DNA of 47,364 nt from Euprymna scolopes (lineage: Eukaryota): NCBI GenBank assembly GCA_053919585.1, contig CM132786.1; one strand, given 5' to 3'. Positions within the stretch are counted from its first letter, which is position 1, and each line of letters opens with the position of its first letter. A program made the translations under genes and the position numbers. The notes beneath the pieces were generated by a model. The model worked only from the letters and a program-made list of their open reading frames with translations. It made no database searches and was not told the DNA's origin. Below are positions 11,833-23,918 of the stretch, piece by piece.

Positions 11833-13001
11833 ATTGGGCGACTACGATAAATCCCTTATGATAGTCACGCACTTTACACACAAGCTTTGCACTGAGCTGC
11901 AGTGACTAGCGTTGAGGGCATCATTCACCACCGTCTCTGTTTGACAGGCTACGTCCATAAAAATGAATCCATCCAGATTCCAAGAACGTGCTCTATAGTG
12001 GGCTTGTCAACGGGACCAGACCACGATTAATCCTGAGAATGCACTACAAGAAAGAAAAAAAACAGCTGAAGCGCACTTCCATCTGATTAAACGTAGACCC
12101 GTCCCCATATGAAGAAAAAACTACCAGAGACCGAAACACAGGGATAAGAACAGCATGCCAAAATATTGCGGACTTTGATAAGAAAAGAGGGGAAAATGAT
12201 CGCCTGAAATGCCCCTGCCAGAAAATACTGCCGGGACTGTTCAGACATATTTATAGGCTAGAGTGAACTTCGACCAGTTCGTTGACTTTTCAAAAACTTC
12301 CCTGGCATTGTGTCTGCCCTGCTGTTAGCAGATCGATAAATATTAGTTGAACTAACAATTTAATAGTCTCCCCTGCCATAACTTGGTACTTACAACTGGG
12401 AAATGTACATTAATACACGTTATCGCGACTTAATAAAAGTAAAGTTAGATACATTTTACACTTCTAAACCATTTTGAAATTGTTTTTCTCAAATAGCCAT
12501 CAATCTCTCTAGCAATAAATGGACGATGACAGGCAACAAACAGTAAATAAACTGTATTTATTGTTATAACGGACTGTCTTAAAAGGAAACAATAACATAT
12601 TTTGATATAGAATCTTAGGCTGTCTTACAATTTCTTGGAAAATAAGGATATTTGATTTGCCTGGTATGCAATCTGGTATTGCTAGGTAAAATTGCAAAAA
12701 AATTGCAAAGATTACGCTCTAAGTAAAGTTAAAACAGTGACGAGCTATTTCACCAATAAAGGATTATCTAGCAACTTGTGTTTATTTTATTATATATAAA
12801 CAGTTTTATTAATATTTATTCTTAACCATTTAATAACACAAGATACGGATCTTTTTCAACCTTGACACCTCCCTCCGCTGGACAACGTAATGTTAAATGT
12901 ATGTCTTATTTGAGTCTTAATTATTCATATGGTATGAAGTATTTCCGTCATGGCATCGGTGGTGGACTCCCGATTATTTTACGGACAACAACGAATAAAG
13001 A

Positions 13002-13559
13002 GGTCTGGATATGACCTTAAACTATATCTCATGGTGAGGCCCCAGTTTGAGGGATTTGGGAAGTGTGGAGCCACACATTAATTGCCATTGCTACCAGGTT
13101 CACTCTGACCCGGTGTGGTAGTACATGTTAGAGTCCCAACTATGGGTTAAATAGAAACCTACTTGAAAAAAAACCGTCCCGACAAGCAGTTAAGTCCTAC
13201 ACCTTTACAGTAGAGATCCCTAGGTTTAAGAAAGCGTCTTACTCCAATAGTGTCTTCCCCAGAACTGCAAGTATTTGGAACTCCCTTCCGGGATACTGCT
13301 TTCCCAATTGTACTGATATGCAGAATTTCAAGTGTAATGTGAACAAACATCTTTCTACTCATCCCCCTTCCTAATGCCCCTGGAAATTGTCCCGATAGTA
13401 GCCGCCTACTTCAAAGTGGCACTTGCCTTGTTTAGGGTGAAGATTGAATAATAAAAAAAAAACAAATATGCTCTATTGTTTTTTCTTCCGAATCATTAGA
13501 TTCGACATTAAATAACCTAAAAAGGTTGATATGCCGTAAAACAAAACCAACCAACCAAT
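13002..13559 (+). mobile_element. SINE-like retroposon, 'GGTCCTGGATATGACC' family, copy 3 (interrupted by a LINE)
   Basis: TSD CAACAACGAATAA(A/G)GA at 12986-13001 and 13560-13575; ~290 bp longer than copies 1 and 2. Confidence 0.9.
13174..13462 (+). mobile_element. 5'-truncated CR1-group LINE 3' end nested in SINE copy 3
   Basis: Open frame PSRQAVKSYTFTVEIPRFKKASYSNSVFPRTASIWNSLPGYCFPNCTDMQNFKCNVNKHL, short 3' UTR and A-rich tail; inserted in the SINE's internal A-tract. Confidence 0.85.
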
Positions 13560-13699
13560 CAACAACGAATAAGGAATAAAAATGTAGTTTACATTGCATG
13601 TAAATTTAGAAATATAATGTAAGATATAAATATACAATCCTCAGTCATATAAGATGCAGTTATAATTGGCTGTTAAATCGCCAAAGTAATGAGTATCTA

Positions 13700-13915
13700 C
13701 GATAATCAGAAAAAACGTTATCGTAAAAGCTGTCTTTAATGTTTTCTGTAACTTTGGCTTTTGACCTAGATGTTTCCAAATTGAATTACTTAGATATAGA
13801 TCGATTTTGAGCAAATTTGTTTGATTGATGAAGCAGTTTTAAGGCTAGGCTCTCGCGGAGAGACTGACGAGCGAACAAATACGACCGAAAATATAACTTC
13901 CTTGACAGAAGTAAT
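13700..13915. mobile_element. Decayed non-autonomous DNA element (HINE/Crypton-like end)
   Basis: Ends GAAAATATAACTTCCTTGACAGAAGTAAT, resembling a recalled GAAAACATAACCTCCTTGGCGGAGGTAA terminus; left boundary uncertain. Confidence 0.35.
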
Positions 13916-14489
13916 CTAACAAAACATATCAAACCAAACTTTTATAAATTTCTTGAATATATTTTCAATTGGATCAGGTCAGTTAAAGGTAAATTGTTCT
14001 AATAAGTAGATACGACTTTCCAAACACAGTGATTTTTTTTATTTAAAAAAATCCTTAGTCTCTTATTAAATACATCTTCCTCTATTTACGCGTCTTATCT
14101 CTGTTTTTCCAAGGTAGATTTAATTAGTATTATTACTTTTGATATTTCATTTTGTTTGTAATTGAGTATTTAACTTTCATAGTTGATCTTATGATATTTA
14201 ACTCTATATAATATAGCTTTGAAAATTGGGTGATTGTGTATGGGTCTCGACAGGTGTACAATGATTGAGTATAGTAAGGGTATGCATAAACTTAGTAAGA
14301 GATGTGTCACTTGTGTATTAAATAATACCGGATGGGTGATAATTTTGTAGATACTAGGTGCTGTATGTATTCAACTAATCGGTGATGTATAATATCTCAC
14401 AGAGGTTACCTTAAGGCAAGTTGTAGCTGATATTATAAGCTGTTATTCCGCAGGCTTTCCATACAGAGTGCAGATAAAGTCTCTCAGTC

Positions 14490-14670
14490 CATTTTGTCAT
14501 GGTAGTCTTCAAGTCCAATGTAGACAAATTCTTGATGAACCGTTCCCTTAAGTAATCCAATTCATCAAATTTCCACTACTAACAATACTATCTCATTGAC
14601 TACTGTACACTCAATAACCCTTATCCTCAAGTGACTTCCAGACCTTGATAAGATGTGTCCTATATAAAAA
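14490..14670 (+). mobile_element. CR1-group LINE 3' end (same family as 35150-35545)
   Basis: Shares ATGGT.GTCTTCAAGTC.AA.GTA.ACAA.TTCTTGATGA and GACTACTGTACACTC..AACCCT with 35358-35485; A-rich tail. Confidence 0.75.
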
Positions 14671-14999
14671 TATATATATCATTTTTGTTCATTTGTAATT
14701 CATTATTTCAAGTTGCCATACCGTCTTTGTTTTGAGATGAAATTGTGTAGAAATTGTCTAAAATTTATTTCGTTGGACTTTAGCTTTCAACCCATCTAGC
14801 TCGTTAGAAATTTTAGAATGACTAAATGCACGTTTAAAAATTCCAATTCGTGAAAACTGCCACGGATATTTAACAATTCGTGTTCTTAATATCCTTTTCA
14901 TAAACTTTGAAATGTGCAGTCTTTTTATACGCTTACTTTTATAAAGTATTTTAACATTATCACCAATAAATGGTTCATTTCATTCTCTAGAAATAATGG

Positions 15000-15192
15000 A
15001 TATACCCCTGTAAGGGTAGTGAAGCAATGGCTACACAGCTCCTACCATATCTTAGTAAAACCAGTATTGTCTGAGAGCTGGAGGGAGGATATATGTCTTT
15101 CCCAAAGTTATTAGTAAAATGTGATGGAGTAATCCTGACATAACTTTAACCCATCATGTTGAGCCCATAGTCTGCACTGCCTGTAACCATTA
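15000..15192 (-). mobile_element. Decayed tRNA-derived (CORE-like) SINE
   Basis: Reverse complement begins ATAATGGTTAC (A-box remnant) and contains ACTAATAACTTTGGGAAAGACATATATCC, resembling a CORE-type segment. Confidence 0.4.
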
Positions 15193-15339
15193 TCCTGTGT
15201 CATTTCAATGTTTTTTTTATGATTATTGTTATCTAATAAAATGTTGCTTGATCGAATTTTGTTCAGATGAATACAAGTCCATCCGTTATGTCTCGTAGTA
15301 AAAGCAACGAACCAGTTGTAAAAAAAGCAACTTCATCAA

Positions 15340-15820
15340 TTATAATACATATGAGGTGATGTGTTGTTTGTATGGCCCCTACATTCTAGAGTTGAATGCT
15401 TATTATACACAATTCTCGAGTGTCTAAGATCTCTCTATACAGTAGGTTGTAAAGACAACCTAGCATGAGGATACTTTTATGTAGAAGTAAATCTTGATCA
15501 AATGTCCAAAATCACACAGCATTAACAGTCCAAATAAGATATCCGCGATACGGCTAAGCCACACTAGCTTTTTACGAGGAATGTTGCACCTTCTCCAAGT
15601 GGTGTTACATTTGGCAACATGCAGCTGTATACTCTACCAGACTGGATTAATTATTGCACTAGAATCTAGGAAGACTAAGAGACCACGAGAAAGATATACT
15701 ATAGCATATTAAAACGGTTAATTGAGATAGGAAAATTGGTCCCACCATCTTTGTGTTCGATAATGGATTTAATGAAATATTTCAATATGTAATCATTAAA
15801 TGTTCGTGCCAGGTAGGAAT
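15340..15820 (-). mobile_element. Probable highly decayed LINE RT fragment
   Basis: Minus strand has remnants resembling 'LEY..WxPYK'; many stops and frameshifts. Confidence 0.3.
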
Positions 15821-16455
15821 CCCTTTATTTCTGAGAAGTTCAACTGAAGGAAAATTAAATAAGTCTAATCAGAGATAGCGAAACGCAATAATTTTCTATG
15901 TAAAATATGTTATAATAATAGGAAGATTAACCTATAGTTAAACTATGTAAAACTTTAATAAGTTATAACAAATTTACACACAAATTTATCTTATCTACTT
16001 TTCGACAAATTATGTAATGATTGCTTGCATATCCCTAATGTGTTTCGCTGCCTTCGATTACGAGTACCAACGCATTACTGATGATGAGATGAATCGTTTT
16101 ATGATTTCATACTAACGAAATGTACACCACCAATATCCTCTTTAATGAAACTTTGTAACCGATGACAATTATTAAGGTTGATATAAATCAGTGTTTTTTC
16201 ACTATCATGAGATTCTTTAAACATCAGTAAAAGAATGTTGAATGTCCATTTAAAACCCCATTCAGTCGTTCTTTAATGAGATGCTATTACGGGCCTTTAT
16301 TTTATGAAGACCTATTAATGTCTGAACTCGGCTTAAACTCGACTAGTTTAATATATGAACATTTAACTTTGAAAAGTTAAGATATGGAAAAATATTAAAT
16401 ATCATGCTTTGATGGGTTTTTAAGACCAGCATTGATAATATAATTTGGACTATTC

Positions 16456-16830
16456 AGAATACTATTCTTACATCACCAGTTTCAGGTGGACCAGTGACGT
16501 AAGAGTAAATGGTGTTAAATGACTTTTAGTAGTTGACAGTAAAATCCTCACTATAATTGATGCTCGGAAGAAATAACATTTCATTGATTATGAAGTTCAA
16601 GAGTTATATCCGGTCATAGCTGACGAAGCAAGAACAATCTGTTCCGGGGATTGCATCAAGGGTCCAATTCGTAATCCTGATATTTATTTCCCAGTTTAAT
16701 ACGAAAGTCCTGAGGTTCTGAAGGATACACCTAAAGTCAGAAGTGTACCGGCAGAAAAGGTGTGGAATTAAAAACCAGGAAGTTCGAAAATTCTATACAT
16801 TATTAAATACGTCTTAATTATTTTCTTTTT
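16456..16830 (+). mobile_element. Old SINE-like insertion bounded by a 15-bp direct repeat
   Basis: TAATTTGGACTATTC at 16441-16455 and 16831-16845; tRNA-like start near 16490; possible decayed hammerhead-like tail at ~16727-16765. Confidence 0.45.
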
Positions 16831-16854
16831 TAATTTGGACTATTCGTACTACTC

Positions 16855-17062
16855 CAGGGTGAGACAAAAAAACAAAAGCTAAATGGAGGCCATCTAGAAA
16901 ATATGCTGTAGAACGCAGAAAAAAAGGCCAAAGACCCTAGTGTTTTGATGTGATGTTTTGAACATAATAAACTAGTTATGACAAACGTTTCATTTCATTC
17001 GGAGAAACCACTAAGAAACGGGGCCTAATTAGAGTTGGGGCCAGTTTCTGGGGGTCACCCTG
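16855..17062. mobile_element. Tc1/mariner-type MITE
   Basis: Termini CAGGGTGAGACAAAAAAAC and GTTTCTGGGGGTCACCCTG|TA are imperfect inverted repeats. Confidence 0.6.
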
Positions 17063-18768
17063 TATTATAAGATATAACGAAAACATTCCGGCTCTTCTAA
17101 TTTCAGATCTACTTCAAATAATTTTCTCCTCAGATTAATGAATAGGATAAATGTGTTATACAGTAATCAGTTCTGAATAGCAGTCTTTTTGAGGTAAAAG
17201 GTTCAATTTTCCGTACTGGTGATACAATATAATTACGAATTATAAAAGCTTCTAAAAGTCATGGCCGACAAAACGAAAGCAAGTTTGACTACCGTTCTCT
17301 TGATGGATATTATTGACACAACGGTTCGGCCAATTTAACGTCCAACTTTCTTCATGTGTATCTCATTTAATCTTGGAATATGTGTGGAATTCTGATTGTA
17401 ACCCTTTATTCAATGCAGGAGATCAGCATGCTCCCGTACCGTTTATATTTGGGTAGAAGATTAAATCTGTAGTAGTATTCCTGGCATCTCCCGCACAGAG
17501 GATTGAATCTTCAGCCTCCAGAATAGTTGAAGGTATAACTGAATGTATATACTACTGTATCTGTTTCGACATTTACGCAATCCATGAATGTTCCTTAATT
17601 TAAATAGAAATAGTTACTATAATTTTTGTTATATTATGATTTATTTAATATGCAATAGAGAGTGATAAGTATATATTAATAAAGCCCACTTATTAAAGGA
17701 AAAGAAAACAGGGAATCTACTTAAAATCGTTTCTGTAAAATAGATATAATGGGAAAGATAGGTGCGCGTAGTTCTGAGGGAAAGACTATGTATGTCACGC
17801 GTGTATTTTCCCTTCTGTATTTCTAATATACCACGAAAAATTTCTCCACAGAATAGACGTTGCGTGCACGTCTCCGCTTTATCGTTACTTTAATTACCAG
17901 TGCTCGTCTGAGCTTCAATCTCTGGTCCCCATTGCCATACCTTCAGAAAAAAACATCTACTTGCTATATGTGCCTGAATCTTAATGCAGACTTAATGAAC
18001 AAGGCTTCTTTCTTAGAATTGCCTGACTTGCGACATCATATTCTTCCTTGTCGAGTACAATATGGTAGCCTCCAAGTTCAATTTAAACAAGTTCTACTCA
18101 ATCTACATCATTAGCATTTAATAAACTACCACTTTATTCGTTCACACTTATACTTGAGTTGCATTCGAGCCTTGATAAGTGGTGACACACTCATAAAAAA
18201 TGTATTTTTCGATTTTCCTCGCTATCTTAATTCATAAAAATCAGTATTTGTTTCTAGGTCATCGGTTATTCTGGTGGACGGTGTCAACATTTTAAGAACA
18301 ATAACTTGTACAGAGAAAATATATTGACTAAATCAGCATAAAATGAATATAACTCTCTATTCCACAATGTAGTTATATTTAGTTATGTTTGAAGTAAATC
18401 AATCATATATTTTGAAAAAAAAAAAAAACGATATCGTAAAATTGCCAGGAAAAACATCATTGGAGAAAGCTGGATAGATACATTTAGTTACACGTGAAAT
18501 ATTTTCATGAAAAAAGTTGACATTGATTGAAAATAATACATGTAGAAAAGCTAGTTCAACAAATTTTATTACAAAATTTACTGAAGATATTGTGGGATAT
18601 TTATTTAAATATATAGATAGTAATACTGAAGATATTGTGGGATATGTATTTAAATATATACACAGTAATACGCTGGGATTTCTGTATTTTAACAGCATGT
18701 ATCCGATTAAAAAAATACGATTACCCGATTACTTTAGAGGCAATAAAAGATGTAATTGCTAAAACTTA

Positions 18769-20107
18769 GGAGGTACCTTAAAGGTTCCAGATTTTTTCGT
18801 ATAGGCATTTTTGACATGAAACACTAATCCCCTTCAATACATTAGCATTTTAATATCTTCTGGAACGTCCAATGAAAGTCATCATGTCTGAGCATATCAT
18901 TGATCCTCGTCACAACCTTTTTCATCCCAATTATCTCCTAACGAAAGCCTATAACATTTTATTTAAGCTTAGAGAATAATCGGAAATCATAGAGGACAAG
19001 GTCTGAACCATAATGAGAGTGAAGAACAGTCTTGATCCCCATCTTGGTCAAATAGTCACTGGCATGGATGAGGTTGTGTGCTGGTCTATTGTCCTGGTAT
19101 AATGCCACTGACCCGGTTTGGAGAGTGCTGGCCATTCCTGACGGAATCTCTTCGAGAACTTCCCTAAAACTTCAACATAGTATTCTTTGTTGTGTGTCTA
19201 GTGGGAATCCAGTGCTGTAAAAAAAAATGATGATCACAAGTTTCTGGGTGGATTTGCTCTGTCTAACCTTATGGGATTTGCTCTGTCTAACCTTATGGGA
19301 TTTGCTCTGTCTAACCTTATGGGATTTGCTCTGTCTAACCTTATGGGATTTGCTCTGTCTAACCTTATGGGATTTGCGAAAGCCAGCGTGCTTCAAATCT
19401 GACCTCTGCCATATATTCTCCGGATCAACGCACTAAATTCAGCTTTCGTCGCAGGTCATCAGAGCATCAGGAATTGCAAAATCTGAATTGATAATCTCAA
19501 GCCCCTCCTGCTGTTATTACAATGTCGTATTTTTTTTATCTTTTCTAAGCTTCCTTGTGTCAAACCCTGCGCAAATCTTCCGCATCTTCAGTTCCTTGCG
19601 AATAATTGACATCAAACTGCGCACTTATTGTTTCTAGACATAGGGCATGTCTTATCTATGAAAATTTTTATTTGTCAATCAACTTTGGTGTTCTTACTTC
19701 CTAAATCCTCCCACACCTATCATCATTCCTCACAGACTCTATGCCTTCCTTTAATTTCTTATGCTACTCAAAAATGAATTCTCAATTCATGCAAGATGGC
19801 CAAAAAGCAGTCTAAAGTATTCACTACTTTTCTGTGGGTTTTCCAAGTTTGAAACAATCTTATTGCATATCATTCTTCTCAAGAGTCATCACGTCCAGAT
19901 TACATTTTTGTAATTCACCAGCTTTGTCGATCATGCTTTAGTAGTGTGTATTTTAATTGTTGCTTTAGCTGTTCATTTGAATCTGAAATCATAAATAGTT
20001 TGTCCTCTTATAAGCTGTGTAGCAATAAAATAGCGAATTTTCAAGAGTCTACGGCAATTTTATATGGTTGTACAAAATAATTCTGGAAATTTATTGATGA
20101 CGCTTCG
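18769..20107 (-). mobile_element. Near full-length decayed mariner transposon
   Basis: TA-flanked imperfect TIRs (left GGAGGTACCTTAAAGGTTCCAGATTTTTTCGTA; right, reverse-complemented, CGAAGCGTCATCAATAAATTTCCAGAATTATTTTGTA); ~1.34 kb. Minus-strand remnants KHAG..KVRQSKS..KLVIIIFFYSTG, NKEYYVEVL..RFRQEWPAL..GQWH..QDNRPAH. Confidence 0.85.
19250..19377. repeat. Perfect 24-bp tandem repeat, 5.3 copies
   Basis: Unit GGATTTGCTCTGTCTAACCTTATG; encodes (HKVRQSKS)n in the transposase frame. Confidence 0.97.
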
Positions 20108-21293
20108 TATCTGATATCACTGACGTGATGTACCTTTTGGATGAAATCAAAACGTCACCCAATCCATTCTCAGACTCCTTCTTTTTTTTCTTCCACACTA
20201 AGATCCCCCTGCCACTTAAAGATTGGCCTGCTTGTTTTCAGCAAACCAAAACAAAAACAGTGGGCAATCTATTATGTATTATTATTATTATTATTTTGTT
20301 CATTTTCCACACCACCGTCAATGAAATGTAATTTCCGTAAATATTTATTTTTGAATAACTTTTTTTTCAAATTTGGGTTTATCCTTCGTAGGAAATCTCT
20401 CTGGATTGAGTGTGGTATTGTGGTGACTAACATTATTTTAGTTAATAGTAAGATAGACAATGTTTCATTTGTTACCAAGAAGGACGAACGACACCCATTA
20501 TCCAAACAAATTTAATTGCCCTTTTTAACTATTTTGTGCAAATAAATATGTCAATGATTAGTATCTGCTTTGTTCAAAGATAGTAAATGCATATCGGTAA
20601 TATTTGTTCCAGCTAATTATCTATATGGTGGAAATACATCATAAACCCATACAAGGGTTTTGTGTTGATTAACTCTCATAACTAGGTATATTTAAAAAGT
20701 TCGTTTATCATATTATTTAGGTATGTGTGATTAATTTTGAATACAGGTGATACATTAATATACTGGTGGCTGCATTCGCTTTAGGCGACAGAAATAGACA
20801 ACACATATCTGACATTAGAATGTCCACAGATCTGGGTAGTTATAAATAATATTATTTATTACATCTAGCGCCAAATTGCTCTTATTTAGGCTAATTATAG
20901 ACAACAACTGTGGAATCTATAATGTTTTTTCATTATCTTTTACCAGTATTAATAGTTAGGAGTAAATAGTTATTTACATGTTTTCCTCGTAGGACAATCT
21001 AGGCGCACTAAGGGACTTTCGTATTAAATTTGATGTAACTATCTTCAGTAACACTGAAATATGCGTTTTTATCAACAGTATAGACAGTACTGTTTGTAAA
21101 TATTGTTTAGATCGGATTATATTTTTTCGCATGACAAATGTGGCCGATTCAAAATATTGTTCAGTTTCGACCAATAGTATTTAGGTTTACTAATAGCTGT
21201 AACCTTATTATATTACCCGAGATGACACATTGCTTATTCCAAAATATCTTAGTTGGTGCGATGATTTAAAGTAATCGTATAAGTCGTAATGAG

Positions 21294-21474
21294 TAGGGCT
21301 AGGACAACAGCATATTCTTTTCCTTGGTTTAACTCTCGAGTGTGCTTCCGTTGATATCTTATATGCTTTTATGTAAACTGATGTGGTTCTTTGTTGAGTA
21401 ACTATGTCCTACTGTGTCCGATATAAACTCGAGAGTCAAAACAATGAAAAGAATATGCTGTTGTCATAGCCGTA
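21294..21474. mobile_element. hAT-superfamily MITE (181 bp)
   Basis: ~47-bp TIRs starting TA(G/C)GGCTA(G/T)GACAACAGCATATTCTTTTC; 8-bp TSD GTAATGAG at 21286-21293 and 21475-21482. Confidence 0.88.
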
Positions 21475-22079
21475 GTAATGAGTAGCAACGATCATGGCAC
21501 GCGCAGATCGTGATGTTTTTACTATGAATTGATGAATGTTTTATTATTTTACTGAACATCAATAAAATTAAAATATTTACTTAAAATAGTATATTATTCT
21601 CTAATCTCTGACGTAAAGCTAATTCCCATGTAATTTACGTTTTTTAGATTGACTGGCATGTTTTCGTACTTATAGAAGAAGAGTACTATCATTCGTTTGT
21701 ATTTCTCGAACGTCAGGCATCTTCTCTGTAATGTTGAAGTTTAGTTAACCCATGGGGGCCTTTTCGCCGCGTAATAGCGAGCTTGAAAATTCTGGGCATG
21801 TGAAATTAATTTATAAGCAATGCGTTCGGCTATGGCGAACCAGACCATTGATTTTATCGCTGGGGAAAATGTGAAGCCGCAATTATTTCCATGGATGATA
21901 CATTGCCGACAACAGTTAAACAAGGCTGGAAACAGTAAAGCAACATTCATGACTCTCAAATGACTACAATGCTTGATTGTCCGAACTACAAAGAATACGA
22001 ACATATTGACATTTGTAGAGTTGATATTTGGGAACGACACTTTGGGTTTAATCTCCTAATTGCACCCATTTATTTATAT

Positions 22080-22090
22080 ACATATGTGTG

Positions 22091-22126
<36 letters not shown>

Positions 22127-22397
22127 GTGTGTGTATGTATGTATGTGTGTATGTATGTTCTGTCTAGTCTTATGAATTGTGTGTATTGGATCGTTTTTCT
22201 TTTTTATTCCTGTTAAATTCATTTATTTGTGCCCATACTCATCATCGTCATGAACGCTCCTCCATGTATATTCTGCATGTATGTGTACTTGTGTATATGC
22301 GTATGTATCCGTTTACATGCATGTTGGCATCTGTGCACGTGTGTGCATACGTATGTACGTGTGTGTGCGTGCATGTGTTTATTTGTATGAGTATGTA
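22080..22397. repeat. Degenerate (GT/AT)n low-complexity tract
   Basis: Directly visible; explains the spurious Y/I/V/C-rich ORFs here. Confidence 0.9.
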
Positions 22398-22761
22398 GGG
22401 TGGAGAGGACACCCGTAAACCGCGATGAAGAGAAGCACATTTCTAATTTAAAAAAAAAACATAAAGCGGGAGACCAATACCCGCATCAACTGGTCTGCAG
22501 TTTGACTTGCTGATTATCTTGCTCTTGCTTGTTGTTGCATCTCAACATATTGAACCGAGAGAGAGAGAGAGACTTAGTTGTCATACAAAGCTAAAACTCG
22601 GTAATAACATCTTTTTATAGAAACTCACTCAGACATTTTTTCTAAAAAAATAGTCATGTGGCGATGGAAAAGTTGTGACGCTTGTAGACCTGAAATGCTG
22701 GAAGTATGTAATAACTGATCTGACATCATTATACGCATGTGTGTACGTATGTGTATATGTG

Positions 22762-22877
22762 TACAGCATAATCACGTTGACACTGATTCTCGTAATATCA
22801 CCGATGTCAAGCAACGTTGAACCTGGTTAGTAGCAGATGGGTGATCATTTGGGAATTCTAGGCGCTGTAAGTGCTTT
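22762..22877 (+). pseudogene. 5S rRNA pseudogene or SINE3 head, copy B (body may extend to ~23055)
   Basis: TACAGCATAATCACGTTGACACTGATTCTCGTAATATCACCGATGTCAAGCAACGTTGAACCTGGTTAGTAGCAGATGGGTGATC..GGGAATTCTAGGCGCTGTAAG aligns along almost all of invertebrate 5S rRNA with many substitutions. Confidence 0.85.
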
Positions 22878-23071
22878 CCACTTCTCTCGGCATTTGTTTC
22901 CAGTCGTCCTTAACCTCCACTTGCCACTAGTATCTAACAATGTCGACTCCCGAGAGGTGCGGTTGATGATTGCGCAACTCTTGCCACAAAAAATCCACGC
23001 GCTGGCATCCTTACAGTGGGTATCCATAGTCTGTCAAGACTGAACGAAGCTACCATATATGTATGTACACG

Positions 23072-23104
<33 letters not shown>

Positions 23105-23136
23105 ATATATGTTTATATGTGTATATATGTTTGTGT

Positions 23137-23311
23137 NNNNNNNNNNNNNNNNNNNNNNNNNNNNNNNNNNNNNNNNNNNNNNNNNNNNNNNNNNNNNNNN
23201 NNNNNNNNNNNNNNNNNNNNNNNNNNNNNNNNNNNNNNNNNNNNNNNNNNNNNNNNNNNNNNNNNNNNNNNNNNNNNNNNNNNNNNNNNNNNNNNNNNNN
23301 NNNNNNNNNNN
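23137..23311. other. Assembly gap (N run)
   Basis: 175 Ns next to a microsatellite. Confidence 1.
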
Positions 23312-23918
23312 TCTTCAGTGCCATATCTGTTTTAGGGTGTGCATCCGCTGGCAGGACTAAATCATCTTCAGGCACATGGACTTTCAGTGACTGAGGGAGT
23401 GGTACTCGTCTGACAAGACGTTTCAATCATCATGTATGCAAATATGTGTGTATATTGTATTAATAACATTATATATTCATAAAATTAATGTTACATCTGT
23501 ACATTTAGGGCTTACTTCAACAGTACTCAATATCTAAATAGTTTTAATATAAAGTATATCTTTCAATAGATATTTTCCCCGTTGCATTCAATATAAAGTC
23601 AATTGTTTTAACTAATGTTATTCAAAAGTAATCGTTGTTATCGGTTCGTGTAAAGACAGCCATATAAAAATGGAACGGTAATATTTGAAACAACGATACT
23701 GAATGTTAAACTTTTTATTAAATTGTTCTAACTTCGATTACTACTGTTATGATAAAAATATGTAAAAAAAATATTTTATATTTCTTTCATAAAAAAGGTT
23801 AAAGATCTAAATTAGAAGCAAACTGTGCGGAATATAAATTTATTAGAGGGTTTATAAAATTATTACGAAAATAGAGCATCTAGATAAGAGGGGTGTGGCT
23901 GTGTTCCTTTGAATGTGA

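Noticed and set aside
16070-16135. Hammerhead candidate CTGATGA..GAAATGTACA
   Set aside because: No stem I, extra bases before GAAA, and no NUH triplet.
17860-18200. Possible RTE fragment on the minus strand
   Set aside because: Only a faint 'LRFxxHI' resemblance; too weak to list as a feature.
18580-18660. 45-bp tandem duplication (also 29-bp at ~8988-9050 and 40-bp at ~31021-31100)
   Set aside because: Ordinary two-copy slippage duplications with no further structure.
22762-22877. Functional 5S rRNA gene
   Set aside because: Many substitutions and indels, not in a tandem array, and related copies carry SINE-like bodies.
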